A DNA stretch of 64,000 nucleotides from Macrostomum lignano (GCA_002269645.1 NIVC01000761.1:62001-126000), one strand, 5' to 3'. Positions 1 to 32,364 are shown, counted from the first letter of the stretch. Translations and numbers: made by a program. Notes: generated from the sequence alone by a model not told the origin.

Positions 1-2502
1 TTAACACAAATTAATTAATCTGTTAGTTCAAAAAATTTTAACGGCAATCTGTTAATGTTAATGAAAAATCTTAATGCTTATTAATGGACTGGTGCCCAAC
101 ACTGTTGGCTCCAATATAGCCTGGTCTTGTGCATTAGATTATTAGGCCAGGCCAATACTTGAGTTAATATAGAGCACTAAGCTAATTAAACTTAGGCCTA
201 CTGATAATGATTAGTCTTAAATACTAAAGTATCAGAATAAGGTGTAAGTCCAAGGTCTAAATATTATTATACTCTAATAATAGACTGTGCTCAAAAGAAA
301 TACCTCTAGAGGTAGACCTAAAGTAAAGATTATATAGGGCACTATAGTCAGGATGATATACATTATGCCAGAAATTTCTAGTGTACAATTGAAAATTTTA
401 CTTAGCCTACAATTGGCATAAAAAATGAGTCAAAATATATTTGACATACCTTTTAGCGTGACGCCGTGGCATAAATATGCCAAGTAGCATATGCCAACTC
501 CAACCTTCACGCCAAAGTTAATATTAACAATTGTTGGCATAACGCCATAACCTCAGAATCTTATTATAAAATCATAAAAACTGTAAAGCTCGTAAGATGA
601 AAATTTTATAACTATTTGTGATTTATAAAAATTTAAAATTCCACGCAAACCAATTGTGTAATTTTCTACAAAAAACTTCAACAGAAAATTGATTTTTGTT
701 GGCATTATCTGTAAGCCAAAATACTTTAAATGAAATCCACAATTTGTTAAATAATTTAAAGAAAAATGTATAACACACAAAGAAGGTCATTTATTGTCCC
801 AAAGCCTAGAAAACCTGGTGTAAGTTCCTAGGACCTTGGCATACATTTCAGTATGAAGTGGCATAGATTTTAGGGGACTTTTTATTCCGGCATATACCAC
901 GAGTCCATGACATGATCCTGACTAGGCCCCCCTATGCCTATGGATAATGTATAACAAGGTCTAAGAATAGTATATATATGTACAATGTACAAGGCTTAAT
1001 TATTCATATTCTATGTGAGTGAGTTAGGCCCTATTAATTAGTAAAAAACAAGCCTCAATTTGCTTTAGATTTTAATCAAATGTAATAAAAATGCATACTT
1101 TTTCTAAAAGCAAAAAACCATAAAACCCAAGGCAAGTGCCAAGTTGAAAACCTAAATACCTTAATAAGCAACATTTTGTTATTACTTATGAATACTTTTT
1201 CATTACCATTATTAATGAAAAAATAGAAGAAACCTAACTTACCAGGCCTGCAATGTTCTTCGATTCTAGGCCCTAACCTTTTTTAACCAATAGGCCTAAC
1301 CAAATCTATTACTGTGTTGAAGCTGACAAAACACTCTATCTTTCAATTGCTCTATTCCTTGTTCTAAGTTAAGCATTTGCAGAGCAGACTTCATTCTCAG
1401 GCAGGGCTGACCCAAGGCTAGCCCAAAGGTGGACCACGGCAATTCCATAGTAAACCCACGGAGTAGATTTAAGTTATGGAACATGAAATTATATTTTGGT
1501 GTTTGAAAATGAATTTTTTCTATATCATAAAAATCTCTATAAATATGTTATTTATAACTATTTTTAAATACTAAAAACTTTAATAACTTAAAAATGCCTA
1601 AAGTTCTCGAAAATAGAGTTATCTTTTTTATAATATGTACTAAAAAAGTGTTTAGTTTAAGATTAGCTGTTTCTAAGAAAGTGATTTTATAAATAGAGTT
1701 ATGTGCAATTCAGTGGTTGATAGACCTTGTTTTTGTTTTTAAGCAGCACATGTGTCATATTCGTAGTCGCTTCGCAGGTAAAAGTAACAGTATTTTTTTA
1801 TCCGGTTTTACTAGTATTCATCAGCTGTCCTTAATTAATAGTGGCAACCATAATAAGCAAAATTATAATGAACTCATTTTTTTAGCACAATTATAATAAT
1901 TTTGTTTTTCCTGATATCTTTAACTTTTTTTTAAAAAGACATTGTCAAATTGTCCAGGGTCAATGTTTTTCTTCCAATTTTAAATTGAATATTTTGCATT
2001 CATTTGTAGTGGCTGATTTTGACGGATGGGGGAAGTGCTATAATAATTTTTAAGGTAGGCCTAGAAAATACACATTATTAGGCCTTATATAGTATATATA
2101 AATTGGCATATAGTATAAATCTCCTAGTTTGCTGTGTTAAATTTTTTTTTAGTTTTTTTTACAAATGGTTGAAACAGGCAGAATACAAGTAGCAGGTATA
2201 TTATTATAAATGCCAGGTAAGTATTAGATCAGATAATAATAAAAGTGAACCATGCCACTGCCATTGGAAGTTTCCAAAGTGACAGTGTCAAAGACCTTTT
2301 CTAGAAACATGTGGTGCCATAGATGTTTATGAAGTATTTGTTTATTGACATCTCATTGGAAACTAGTTACTTTGGTGACAGTTTGGTGATAGTCACTTTA
2401 ATGACATCCATTTTGATTTTGGTAACAGGTTAGGCCTACTATAGTCCATTTTGCGGATGGTGGGGTGTACGCCGGAAAATTCCGGCAGACACTTGATTTT
2501 CG

Positions 2503-4648
2503 GGTACCCGGTAAAATGCGGAATCCGCAACGGAATCGGAATGGAATAGTACGGTAAAACGCGGAATCCGCAGCGGAATGGTAAACTGCGGAACGAAGTG
2601 CGGATTCCGCATATTAAAGTAAAACGCGGAATGCAAAAATGAAAAAAGTAAAATGCGGAATGAAAACTAACTGAATTATACTTTTATTCATCACCTTATA
2701 TTTAAAAAAACATCTGAAATTTATGTACATTTTTGCTGAACAAATTTTTTTTCATTGTCACTATGACACTCAAATCAAATCTGTTGATCTTCCCTTAGCA
2801 AAATCCTCAGCAGAATGGTTAAGATACAGTAATTTTCGGAATGAAGATAGAGCTTTGGCAACTTATTTAAGGTAAATTCATACTCTGGAAGCGAAAGTGC
2901 ATACTACGTACAATTTTTATATTTAATGTATTTCAAAAGTGCCCGCTGACATGTGGCGAGAAGTCATCCTACATCCTATTGCTGTCAAAAAAAATCGTAG
3001 CATTAAATGTGCATTTCTAAAAAAAAATTAAATCCGAAACTTTAGGACAAGATTGATTTTAGCGAAGCTAAAATTACGATTTACAAGACGCTTTTACGTT
3101 TTTAGTGTCAAGAAAGGCAATAAATAGTACAAGGAAGCATGGAAAGTCAGATCAGTCAGATCAGTATGGAAAGTCAGTACCCTCTGGGAAAATCGCCGGC
3201 GAATTGCAAGCGAATTGTCAGCGAGACAGCGAAGTAGTGGCGACATTTTTTTCTTCATTTCCCATATAGAACGTTTCAAAAAGCTGTGTTTGTCTGGAAC
3301 TTTTCTTCCTGCAGCATAAAACATAGTTTTTCCACCTCGGTCGCATTGGCGAATCGTCAGCGGAACATTAGCGAAGTTTCGCCAGCAACTTTTCGCCAGC
3401 GACGGGACAGCGAATCGCTAACGAATAAGTGCTTGATTATTTATTATTGGGGCTCTATTTTGCTAGTAAATATAAGAAAATGTATAAAATTATTTGATTT
3501 CTCACTTGCATAACAATCCCTTCATTCTATTCTATCGAATTAACCACTGCTTGGGGTATGAATCAGATAAATCATATATAGTGACTTCTCTAGGCAATAG
3601 AAAGTTAGGTATAACAAGTGGAACTCCTCCACTGGAGGACAAACCCAAGAAATTCGACTCCCCGAATTGTAATGTTTATGCAGTGTTTGAATCGCAAAGT
3701 CAAGTCATAGTATGGAAATTATCAATCTGGGCATACGTTTATATTTATAGTTGCACATCGGGTTCCGGAGTAACTATTACAAAAATGGGCATTGTTTTTA
3801 TCGCAACCTTTTTGTTAACTTTATTAATCTATGCCTGCAAATAGTGCTTACTTCTAAGGACACAAATCAACTGCTGGGCTGTTGTTTCGGGTCATAGTCA
3901 CATAGAGGCTCTACCCGCACACCCGTAAAGCGGGTTGTTGTCGCCTGTAAACCCTCTTCGGAACTTAATCTCGTGGGCTTTGTCCACAGAAAAGTTAATG
4001 CATAGATTCAATCAAACAGTACATTTAGAAAATTAGCTGTTAATAGTTGGTCACATCAAAAAGGATGTCCAGGAAAGGGTTTTGCTTGTACGTTAGGTTC
4101 CCTTGTAGCACATTTTGGCACTTGGAAATCAGGCCAGGTCCATGCATAAGCACTTTTTAATATCATGATATATTGTGATAAACTGGTGCGGAAGCCTAGC
4201 GCAAGTGAGCATCATGGTAACACTTCCAAATGCATTTGCAAGATAGGCAAATGGAATATTTAAACATTTCTTGCAAAGAAATTTATTTTTGTATTTTTAG
4301 CATATACTTATTTCCAAAAACTGCACAATATGTTGTTAATATACATTCCGATGATAGAAACTTTATTTGACACTACAAAAAATCAGCTTCTAAATAAATT
4401 AAGCTATATATACATGTAGCTAGATAGCTATTTGTAGTCTTTAGTACATGTTGATGTTGATGAATAAAAGTATAATTCAGTTAGTTTTCATTCCACATTT
4501 TACTTTTTTCATTTTCGCATTCCGCGTTTTACTTTAATATGCGGAATCCGCACTTCGTTCCGCAGTTTACCATTCCGCTGCGGATTCCGCGTTTTACTGT
4601 ACTATTCCATTCCGATTCCGTTGCGGATTCCGCATTTTACTGGGTACC
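2503..4648. mobile_element. Non-autonomous MULE/Mutator-like DNA transposon, ~190-bp TIRs, 9-bp TSD
   Basis: 2503-2693 (GGTACCCGGTAAAATGCGGAATCC...CTTTTATTCATCA) is a near-perfect reverse complement of 4458-4648. Identical 9-mer TGATTTTCG flanks both ends (2494-2502, 4649-4657). No transposase ORF inside. Long G-starting TIRs plus a 9-bp TSD are MULE hallmarks. Confidence 0.85.
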
Positions 4649-5273
4649 TGATTTTCGTAGTATACACCAGCATACATTTCTTGGCTGTGTACAGTGTGGC
4701 ATATAGTGTGGTGTATGGTGACTGGCATAGAAATTAATATAAAGAATTTTTGTGCTTTTTCTGTGTTAAGTTATTTCAAAAACCATTTTTTCTGCTACTA
4801 TTTTCTCATTTACCAATCATTTTAATTACCGGAATTGTTACAACATCGTCATGTCATTATCAATTTTTGTAGTTTAAATTTAAATTTAAATATTCATTAA
4901 TTTTTTTATCATTTTTAAGTTGGCATACATTTAAAATCTGTTGTTGTACAATTGAAAATTCAATAAAAATGTGTCCAGCATACACAGAAAACCTTCCGCA
5001 ATATAGACTATAGTGACAAATGTATATCTAGGTAAGGGCCTAATCTGGCTAGCAGAAATGTTTTTAGGACATTTTGTCAAAAAATTAAAATCAATTTTAA
5101 ATTTAGGTTAAAATATTCGGTTGGGGAGAAAGTTCCTGCGGTTTCTAGAACTTTCAGTCTAAGAACTTTCTGGAACATTCCAGAGCCCAGCTGTGTGGGT
5201 ATATATTGAGAGTGGATATGTGTGATTCTAACATGCTATTTAAACCAGAGATTACTCACTAGTCACCAGCATT

Positions 5274-6867
5274 ATGGATCTCTCTTGGGCCTATATTCGT
5301 GGTCTCCTGCTCTATGACTTCAAATCTGGACTGTCAGCCATAGAATCCAGCTGCCGCATCAATGCTACATTTGGTGTGGGTACCATGCCTGAATGCACCA
5401 CCCAGGACTGGTTTGCGCAGTTTTGCCAGGGAAATTTTAACCTCGAAGATTTGCCCTAGTCAGGTCGTCCCTCCGAGGTTGATGATGACTAGCTACGCAC
5501 ATTTTTAGAGGCTGACCCTCGGCAAACCACGCGTGAGTTAGCGCAGGTCCTTGATGTAGACCATAAAATGGTCACCAGTCATTTGCATCAGCTGGGCAAA
5601 GTGTACAAGCTGGCACAATGGGTACCCCACCAATTGTCAGATTGGGACAAGGAGCGCAGGGCAGAGGTGGCCACTTCTCTCCTCTCCTACAGGCGCACGC
5701 ACAACTAGTTGAAGTCCATTGTTATGGGTGATGAAAAGTGGTGCCTGTACATCAACATCAAATGTTGACGATTATAGGTTGATGCTGACGCGACGCCTGA
5801 GCTGCAGCCAAAGGCCGGACTCCACCCACACAAGGTCATGCTGTGCGTGTGGTGGGACTGCAAGGGCATCATCTACTACAAACAGCTACTGGACATTTCC
5901 CCTCTGGACATTTCCCCTTGGCGGCATTTCCCCTCCAGACATTTCCCATCCAGCTATAACGAAATAACAGAGCTTTAGAACATGCCAAAAAGAAGTTTTG
6001 CATGCATGTACATCACATCCATGTAGTTATGCTGTTAGATTGCTTTTATTTTAAAAATTATGTAAGTAAAAAGTGAGAGTAGATGGTTTTATTATGTTTA
6101 ATAATAGGTTTTATTATAATAAAATTATAATATAATATATTATTATTATCTTTATTATTATTATATAAAATTTTTTATATATTATTATTATTATGTTATT
6201 ATATTATTTTGTATATTATTATTTTTATACTAGAATATTATAATATTACTATATTATTACATTTATATATACACTTATATACATTTATATATATACATGC
6301 AACTTATGTTCTTTGGACATGTCCGAAGGCACTGTTATTTCGTTATAGATTAAGGGGAAATGTCCAGAGAGGAAAAGTCCCCGAGGGGAAATGTCCCTGA
6401 GTGGAAGTGTCCGGAGGGGAAACGCCGGAGGGGAAATGTCCGTAAGTGAATAAAAACTGTTGCTACCCAACACATCGATTATGGCCAAGCTATACTGCCA
6501 ACAGCTGGATCAATTGGCTGCCGCCATCACACAGAAGCATCCGAACCATGGCCCGGTACGATTTCTTCATGATAACGCTTGTCCACACACTGCTAAGGTG
6601 ACTTGCCAAAAGCTACTGGACCTTGGCTGGGAATTGGTGCCCTATCCACGGTATTAACCAGACTTGGCACCAAGCAACTATCACTTGTTTTTGTCTCTGG
6701 CCAACGCCTTGAACAACAAAACCTTTGCTGATGATGAAGAGCTCAATAACTGGCTGAACAACTTTTTCACTTCAAAGCCAGAGAAATTTTATAGGGATGG
6801 TATTATGAGTCTGCCTGAAAAATGGCAGAAGGTGATCAATTGTGATGGTGATTATTTTGTTTCTTAA
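5274..6867 (+). pseudogene. Mariner transposase pseudogene
   Basis: Hand translation shows WVPHQL (5619-5636), GDEKW, HPHKVMLCVWWD, HDNA and Y*PDLAPSNYHLF. Several in-frame stops; interrupted by an insertion at 5886-6450. Confidence 0.93.
5886..6450. mobile_element. Foldback/MITE-like element nested in mariner (probable 9-bp TSD, MULE-like)
   Basis: Inverted arms of tandem GGACATTTCCCC units plus CTATAACGAAATAACAG (5891-5990 vs 6310-6441) around an AT-rich core. Flanks TACAAACAG (5877-5885) and TAAAAACTG (6451-6459) match 7/9. Excision restores the transposase frame (YYKLLLPNTSI). Confidence 0.8.
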
Positions 6868-7816
6868 TTGGCTTTTAGTTTTTAAAAAACTCTGATAAAA
6901 AGTTCTAGAAACCATGGGAACTTTCTCCCCAACCAAATAGTTTTCTTAGTAATTATTTAAATGTCTTGCTAAGTTAAAATAAAATATATATTTAAGGGAC
7001 CTTATTATTTTTGTTTAAGCAAAAGGTTTCTAAGAAATAAGCATAGGCTAAAAATAAATCTAACTCTTAATATAACTTGTGGTTTTCCCTTTATATCTTA
7101 GCTTTGCCTTTATACATACAGATAGGCCTAGTGTTTTATATTTCTTATTTTATAAGCTTTTGACAATTTCTATTTTTGATAAAATAAGGAAATATAAAAG
7201 TAAATAACATTTTTCTAAGAAGCACTTTGTTTTGAAAATAAATCTTTTAAAAATACATGCTCTTTCTTAGAAACATCTCACTTTAAACAAGCAAGAAGCA
7301 GTATACTTTCTTTTCAAAACTGACCTATTTAAGCAAGGCATTAAATTACAAGCATCTGATCTAGAATCTTTATTTCAGCTTGAATGGAAAATTATGCACA
7401 CATTTGGCACCAAAGTAACCTATGACCAAAATGGATAATTACCAAATTGACTCGGCCTATCACTACAATAACCATAATTCATCTCATTGGCCATTAGCAG
7501 TACAAGTTCCTTTATGCTTATATGCTTAACTTTGGAAATGCAGTAACAAATTTAGCTACTTTAAAAAGTGAATTTTAAGTTTGATTTTAAAAGAAATTTT
7601 TATTCATTTTATAACTTTTTTGTAATAGAAACAAATAGAAATTTATTTTTATATTAAACATTAGGCCAATAAATACAATTTATTTGTTTATATGTGTTTC
7701 TAGTTTATCTTGATACAGTTATTGTTATTATAAAGGTGTTTATTTTATAAATAACTGACTTCAATGCATGCACAAAGTCTGTCACCTTCTGCAAACAGAT
7801 CTCGCCAATTTCACCA

Positions 7817-22386
<14,570 letters not shown>

Positions 22387-22429
22387 CTGGCGTCTGGGGG
22401 ACCAGCTTGAGACAGGCTGTGTTTACCTG

Positions 22430-22895
22430 TTAGACAGAGGGTCAGCTGTGTTAGACAGCAGTGTCACCTGAGTATTAAACAGCAGTGTCACCTGTTAGAC
22501 AGCAGTGTCACCTGTGTGTTAGACAGCAGTGTCGCCTGTGTGTTAGACAGCAGTGTCACCTGTTAGACAGCAGTGTCGCCTGTGTGTTAGACAGCAGTGT
22601 CACCTGTGTGTTAGACAGCAGTGTCACCTGAGTGTTAGACAGCAGTGTCACCTGTTAGACAGCAGTGTCACCTGAGTGTTAGACAGAGTGTCACCTGTTA
22701 GACAGCAGTGTCACCCGTGTGTTAGACAGCAGTATCACCTGTGTGTTAGACAGCAGTGTCACCTGTGTGTTAGACAGCAGTGTCACCTGTGTGTTAGACA
22801 GCAGTGTCACCTGTGTGTTAGACAGAAGTGTCACCTGTGTGTTAGACAGCAGTGTCACCTGTGTGTTAGACAGCAGTGTCACCTGTGTGTTAGAC
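22430..22895. repeat. 20/24-bp minisatellite TGTTAGACAGCAGTGTCACC(TGTG)
   Basis: Tandem array just 3' of the GPCR stop codon. Confidence 0.93.
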
Positions 22896-23324
22896 ATTAC
22901 TCATTACAGCACTCAATAATGTGCCTACTGAGTTTTTGTGTGATTAACTCTTGATAACTTTGTTTATATATTTGGTTTCTTTCTAATTCACTGTTTTTAC
23001 AATCGATTTTCCAGGAAACGAAATTTTTGTGAATTATTTATTTATTTATTCTTCTGTTACATAATTAATGCAGCTGTGATTAGGGCTCGGTATGGATATT
23101 TCTGTGATGGACCTTACAGACATTTTGCTTCCCAATAATTTTGCTCTGGTGCTTCTATTTGAGTGCTTCGTGACAGAATTGTTGATTTTATTTTTGACGA
23201 CATTTTTGCGTCGTGTTGACAAACGGAATCTTCCAATTTTTATTCATATTTCCGGAACTTTTCTTTGAAGTTTCTGTGCTATTACAATATATACGCTCGT
23301 AAGTAAACCGCATTTTAATCTCTG

Positions 23325-24044
23325 CTCTGCTTTCTACCTCTTCTCTCTCCTCCCCTCTCTCCTCCCCTCTCCTCTCTCCCTCTCTCTCTTCTCTCTCTCC
23401 CTCTCCCTCTCTCCCTCTCTCTCTCTCTCTTTCCCTCTCCCTCTTTCCTCTCTCCCTCTCCCTCTCTCCTCTCCCTCTCCTCTCTCCCTCTCTCTCTTCT
23501 CTCTCTCCCTCTCCCTCTCTCCCTCTCTCTCTCTCTCTTTCCCTCTCCCTCTTTCCTCTCTCCCTCTCCCTCTCTCCTCTCCCTCTCCTCTCTCCCTCTC
23601 TCTCTTCTCTCTCTCCCTCTCCCTCTCTCCCTCTCTCTCTCTCTCTCTCTTTCCCTCTCCCTCTTTCCTCTCTCCCTCTCTCCCTCTCTCTCTCTCTCTT
23701 TCCCTCTCCCTCTTTCCTCTCTCCCTCTCCCTCTTTCCTCTCCCTCTCTCCCTCTCTCCTCTCTCTCCCTGTCCCTCTCACTCTCCTTCTCCCTCTTCTC
23801 TCTCCCTCTCCCTCTCTCCCTCTCTCTTTCCCTCTCCCTCTCTCCCTCTTCTCTCTTCCTCCCCTCTCTCCTCCCCTCTCCTCTCTCCCACTCTCTTCTC
23901 TCTCTCTCCCTCTCTCTCTCTCCCTCTCTCTCTCCCTCTCTCTCTCTTTCCCTCTCCCTCTTTCCTCTCTCCCTCTCCCTCTTTCCTCTCCCTCTCTCCC
24001 TCTCTCCTCTCTCTCCCTGTCCCTCTCACTCTCCTTCTCCCTCT

Positions 24045-24076
<32 letters not shown>

Positions 24077-24215
24077 CCTCTTTCCTCTCTCTCCCTGTCT
24101 CTCTCACTCTCCTTCTCCCTCTTCTCTCTCTCCCTCTCTCTCTCCCTCTCTCTCTCCCTCTCTCTCTCTTTCCCTCTCCCTCTTTCCTCTCCCTCTCTCC
24201 CTCTCTCCTCTCCCT
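23325..24215. repeat. CT-rich polypyrimidine microsatellite
   Basis: Almost only C/T on + strand. Confidence 0.95.
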
Positions 24216-24780
24216 TCAGTCTCTCAATCTCACCCATATTCTCTTTTTTCTCCACCTAACTGCATTAAGAGTCCAACCGTGTCATGTATTTCACAGTTGG
24301 ATATTGCGTGTGCTCATATCACTGTGTGGCATATTTGTATTTAAAACAATCTCTGTTAAAGAGCCTTCGACACACTATTGAAAAATTGACAAATTGTTAA
24401 CGAATCCGAGTGTCAAGTGTTAAAACTTCCAATAGATTTTATTACCTCAATTACCATGACTGATTTATCAATCAAGATTGCTTTGCATCACCTATATGTA
24501 CAGGTTATTTATAACTATACTTTTATTGTGGTTATTAACAGAATGCGTTGAAATCTCTAACTTTAATCACTACTCTGTATGCATCGAAGTAAATAAACAG
24601 TATAATAACGTTTTAATGGCTTTGTGTTGCATTCCTGAGTAAAAAGTGACATTTTTATACATTATAAATTATTATACAAAATGCAGAATTTCTGTTTTTG
24701 TCAGTTTTTTTAGGATGGATTAAAATATATGAAATAAAGATTATTCACGGAGAATTCTCATATCTGCCTCTTTTTTATCA

Positions 24781-25672
24781 CTGTCTTTGTCATGACTGTC
24801 TCTGCCATGACTGTCTCTGCCATGACTGTCTCTGTCGTGACTGTCTCTGTCATGACTGTCTCTGCCATGACTGTCTCTGTCGTGACTGTCTCTGTCATGA
24901 CTGTCTCTGCCATGACTGTCTCTGTCGTGACTGTCTCTGTCATGACTGTCTCTGCCATGACTGTCTTTGTCATGACTGTCTCTGCCATGACTGTCTCTGT
25001 CGTGACTGTCTCTATCATGACTGTCTCTGCCATGACTGTCTCTGTCGTGACTGTCTCTGTCATGACTCTCTGCCATGACTGTCTTTGTCATGACTGTCTC
25101 TGCCATGACTGTCTCTGTCGTGACTGTCTCTGTCATGACTGTCTCTGCCATGACTGTCTCTGTCATGACTGTCTCTGTCATGACTGTCTTTGCCATGACT
25201 GTCTCTGTTATGACTGTCTCTGCCATGACTGTCTCTGTCGTGACTGTCTCTGTCATGACTGTCTCTGCCATGACTGCCTCTGTCGTGACTGTCTCTGTCA
25301 TGACTGTCTCTGCCATGACTGTCTCTGTCATGACTGTCTCTGCCATGACTGTCTCTGTTATGACTGTCTCTGCCATGACTGTCTCTGTCATGACTGTCTT
25401 TGCCATGACTGTCTCTGTTATGACTGTCTCTGCCATGACTGTCTCTGTCATGACTGTCTCTGTCATGACTGTCTTTGCCATGACTGTCTCTGTTATGACT
25501 GTCTCTGCCATGACTGTCTCTGTCGTGACTGTCTCTGTCATGACTGTCTCTGTCATGACTGTCTCTGTCATGACTGTCTCTGTCATGACTGTCTTTGCCA
25601 TGACTGTCTCTGTTATGACTGTCTCTGTTATGACTGTCTCTGTCATGACTGTCTCTGCCATGACTGTCTCTG
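24781..25672. repeat. 15-bp minisatellite ATGACTGTCTCTG(T/C)C
   Basis: Tandem array that explains the overlapping MTVSV/HDCLC/RDSHD ORFs. Confidence 0.97.
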
Positions 25673-25673
25673 T

Positions 25674-25780
25674 TCACCTCATCTCAGACTGCTCAACCTC
25701 ATCTCAGACTGCTCACCTCATCTCAGACTGCTCACCTCATCTCAGACTGCTCACCTCATCTCAGACTGCTCACCTCTCAG
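25674..25780. repeat. 19-bp minisatellite CTCACCTCATCTCAGACTG
   Basis: Same family as the array at 28108-28605. Confidence 0.85.
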
Positions 25781-25784
25781 CTCA

Positions 25785-25904
25785 GCTCAACTCCAAGTGC
25801 AGTCGCATTAATTTGAAGCTAAATTGGAATCTCGGCTTGGCTCTGCTCATGCAATTAACGGCCTTGAGGGCCAACCCCAAGTCACAGTGAAGTGTACATG
25901 CCTA
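25785..25904 (+). mobile_element. 5'-truncated copy of the SINE-like dispersed repeat
   Basis: TCCAAGTGCAGTCG...AAATTGGAATCTCGGCTTGGCTCTGCTC...GAGGGCCAACCCC...CACAGTGAAGTGTACATGCCTA matches the reverse complement of 32692-32810. Confidence 0.75.
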
Positions 25905-27089
25905 ACGATAAATAAAGTAGGGGCCGCTGTGCACTCCTGTGAGTGTGTGCCTGTGCGTATGACTGCGTACGTATCCGCGCGCTTGTGTGCCTGCTCAGGG
26001 GAGTCGGCGGAATGGGCAGCAATGCCTCTCGCCGGTTGTGCGACAATGTCGCTTGAAGTGCGCCCAGCCCCCTGCCTCTGGCCCCTTAATCGTATTAGCC
26101 TAAATCTGAGACAGTCAATTGTTATCTACTTCGAAGTAACTAATGTAGCGAAATGCTACCGAAAATCTTTGCAAGATCCGTTTTGGGGGTTTCGAAAAAC
26201 ACAGCTGCTTTTTGAGTTGCGAAACAATTTCTGGCGAAAGACATACTTGCTTGATTTTGAAATCGGAAGTCCACAATGTGAGGTTGGTGCTGAAAATGGA
26301 AACTTGGAACTTTTGAACTTTTGAAACTTTGAATTAAGAATTATAACAAAATTAACAAAAACCGCGAAATTTAACTTAACGGCTTTTAAATAGTATTTTT
26401 TATCGATCAAACTTAAATTTAGAAATCTGATAAGAACAGAATATGTATATTTTAATAAATATCTTTATACGAGCAGGGTAGAAAACTTTAAAGACAGAAA
26501 ATCTATAAGCTATTATCTAGGAAAGATGAGGCATAAAAGATTTACGTTTTTATTAATCAAGTGGCACACACAGTACAAAAAAAGTAAACTTTTCAGGATA
26601 TCTCGGGTCTAAGACAGAAATTGTCTGCTATTTGTTATAATGCATCGATTTAAGCTTTAAAAATGGGTGGCAAATAAAGTACAAATTGTCACTATTTTAG
26701 CATGTGTGACGTCATCACTCAGATTACAGTATACATACATATTCAGCTTATAAAGTCAAGAATTAAAACTAAATTTTAGTCGTAAAAATTATAAAGCGTT
26801 AAACATTTTTATTACCTATCTTTTAAATGTTTTAATCACTGGGCTAAAGTAGATAAATTGCAAAACAGGAAAAAATGAATTTTTAAACAAAAGTTTACTA
26901 TCTGCAGAAGAATAATAGTTTCGATTTACAATAGAAAGAAAGTAATAAAGACATCACTGCAATTATTGATGCTAAACAATAAACAAAAATATTAAACTTT
27001 ATCAAACAAAACAGTTTTATCAATTTCAGGGACTTCCACTTCGCCACATTATATTATCAGATTACCAGATACTAAATTCTGTTAATATT

Positions 27090-27500
27090 TACTATCTTAG
27101 GGATTCCTTTGATAAGGATGTAGTTACGAGTATTTCTGACATTTATCATCTACATTTAAATCCAGAGGCATGCCCATCTATATATAGATTTCATGGGGAT
27201 TCCTATCTATATTTAGATCTTAGGGGATTCCTCTCTATATTTAGATCTAAGGAACTCACATCTATATTTAGATTTTTTGGGGATTCCCATCTATATTTAG
27301 GTCTTTTGGGGGATTCCCATCTATATTTAAGTCCTTGGGGATTCCTATCTATATTTATATCATAGGGGAACCCGCATCTTTATTTGGAATTTTTGGAGAT
27401 TCCCATCGATATTCAGGTTCTTGGAGGATTCCTATCTATATTTAGATCCCAGGGATCCCATCTATACATGTACATTTATAGACCATGGGAATTCCTATCC
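27090..27500. repeat. Degenerate repeat GGGGATTCC(T/C)ATCTATATTTAG
   Basis: Multiple diverged tandem copies. Confidence 0.7.
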
Positions 27501-27766
27501 AAATATTCCTAGAAACCATCACGGCTTTTCTTTGCTCAGATGCTATTTTCTCTCAGAGATTCCAACAACCACATAAAATGTCTTTATGAGGAAATGTTAA
27601 CAACAAAGAATATCTTTATATTGTGTAAAAAAAAACTCTAACAGTTAACATGAAGAATCTTCTCTCTGACTAAAAATCATCTGTACCGTCGCTCACGCCT
27701 CTAAACATCTTAAAACACCTCATCTCTACCAGACGTCAAACTTCATCCAACTGAAACTCTCGCAGC

Positions 27767-32048
<4,282 letters not shown>

Positions 32049-32188
32049 GTTGCCGAGCGACAGCTGGGGGCGCTGGCTGGATCGCAGCAGCCTAAAATAG
32101 GCTCTCAGTTTGGCCAAGATTTCCAGCTGCCGCTGATTGGCAGAGACGAGAAGACGGGGGCGCCGATGTCTGTGTAGAGTTTTCTGCC

Positions 32189-32202
32189 GTCTCCATGGCA
32201 AC
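32189..32202. promoter_or_regulatory. RFX X-box GTCTCCATGGCAAC, 141 bp upstream of the CAP ATG
   Basis: Perfect match to GTHNYY-AT-RRNAAC in a promoter-proximal position. Confidence 0.6.
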
Positions 32203-32364
32203 CTGCAATTATACAGCGGCGGCATGATTTTTATTGCTTTCTAAAAGTCCCTAGCCGACAAAGTCTGGGCAAGGACTACACAGACCCAGGACTTGGAGCA
32301 GCAACTCTTTTCCAATGCCCAACCCTTCAAATTTCCCCGGACACTTTAGTCTATTTACACATTG

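Larger units (their letters stand above)
5116..6937 (+). mobile_element. Mariner (Tc1/mariner) transposon, decayed full-length copy
   Basis: TIRs TTCGGTTGGGGAGAAAGTTCC...TTTCTAGAACTTT (5116-5154) and inverse (6899-6937), with TA on both sides (5114-5115, 6938-6939). Encloses a transposase relic. Confidence 0.95.

Noticed and set aside
6655-6690. Mariner third catalytic position reads N (PSNY), as in domesticated SETMAR
   Set aside because: The ORF has multiple stops and an insertion, so a single GAC>AAC decay mutation is the simpler explanation.
23188-25890. Glu/Arg-rich, His/Asp-rich and Cys-rich ORFs (ERERG, RDSHD, HDCLC, MTVSV)
   Set aside because: Translations of a CT microsatellite and a 15-bp minisatellite, open in several frames, with no splice context.
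32049-32225. Upstream in-frame ATG (MPPLYNC...) extending the CAP protein
   Set aside because: It would bury the signal peptide and overlaps the X-box promoter region; the ATG at 32048 fits better.
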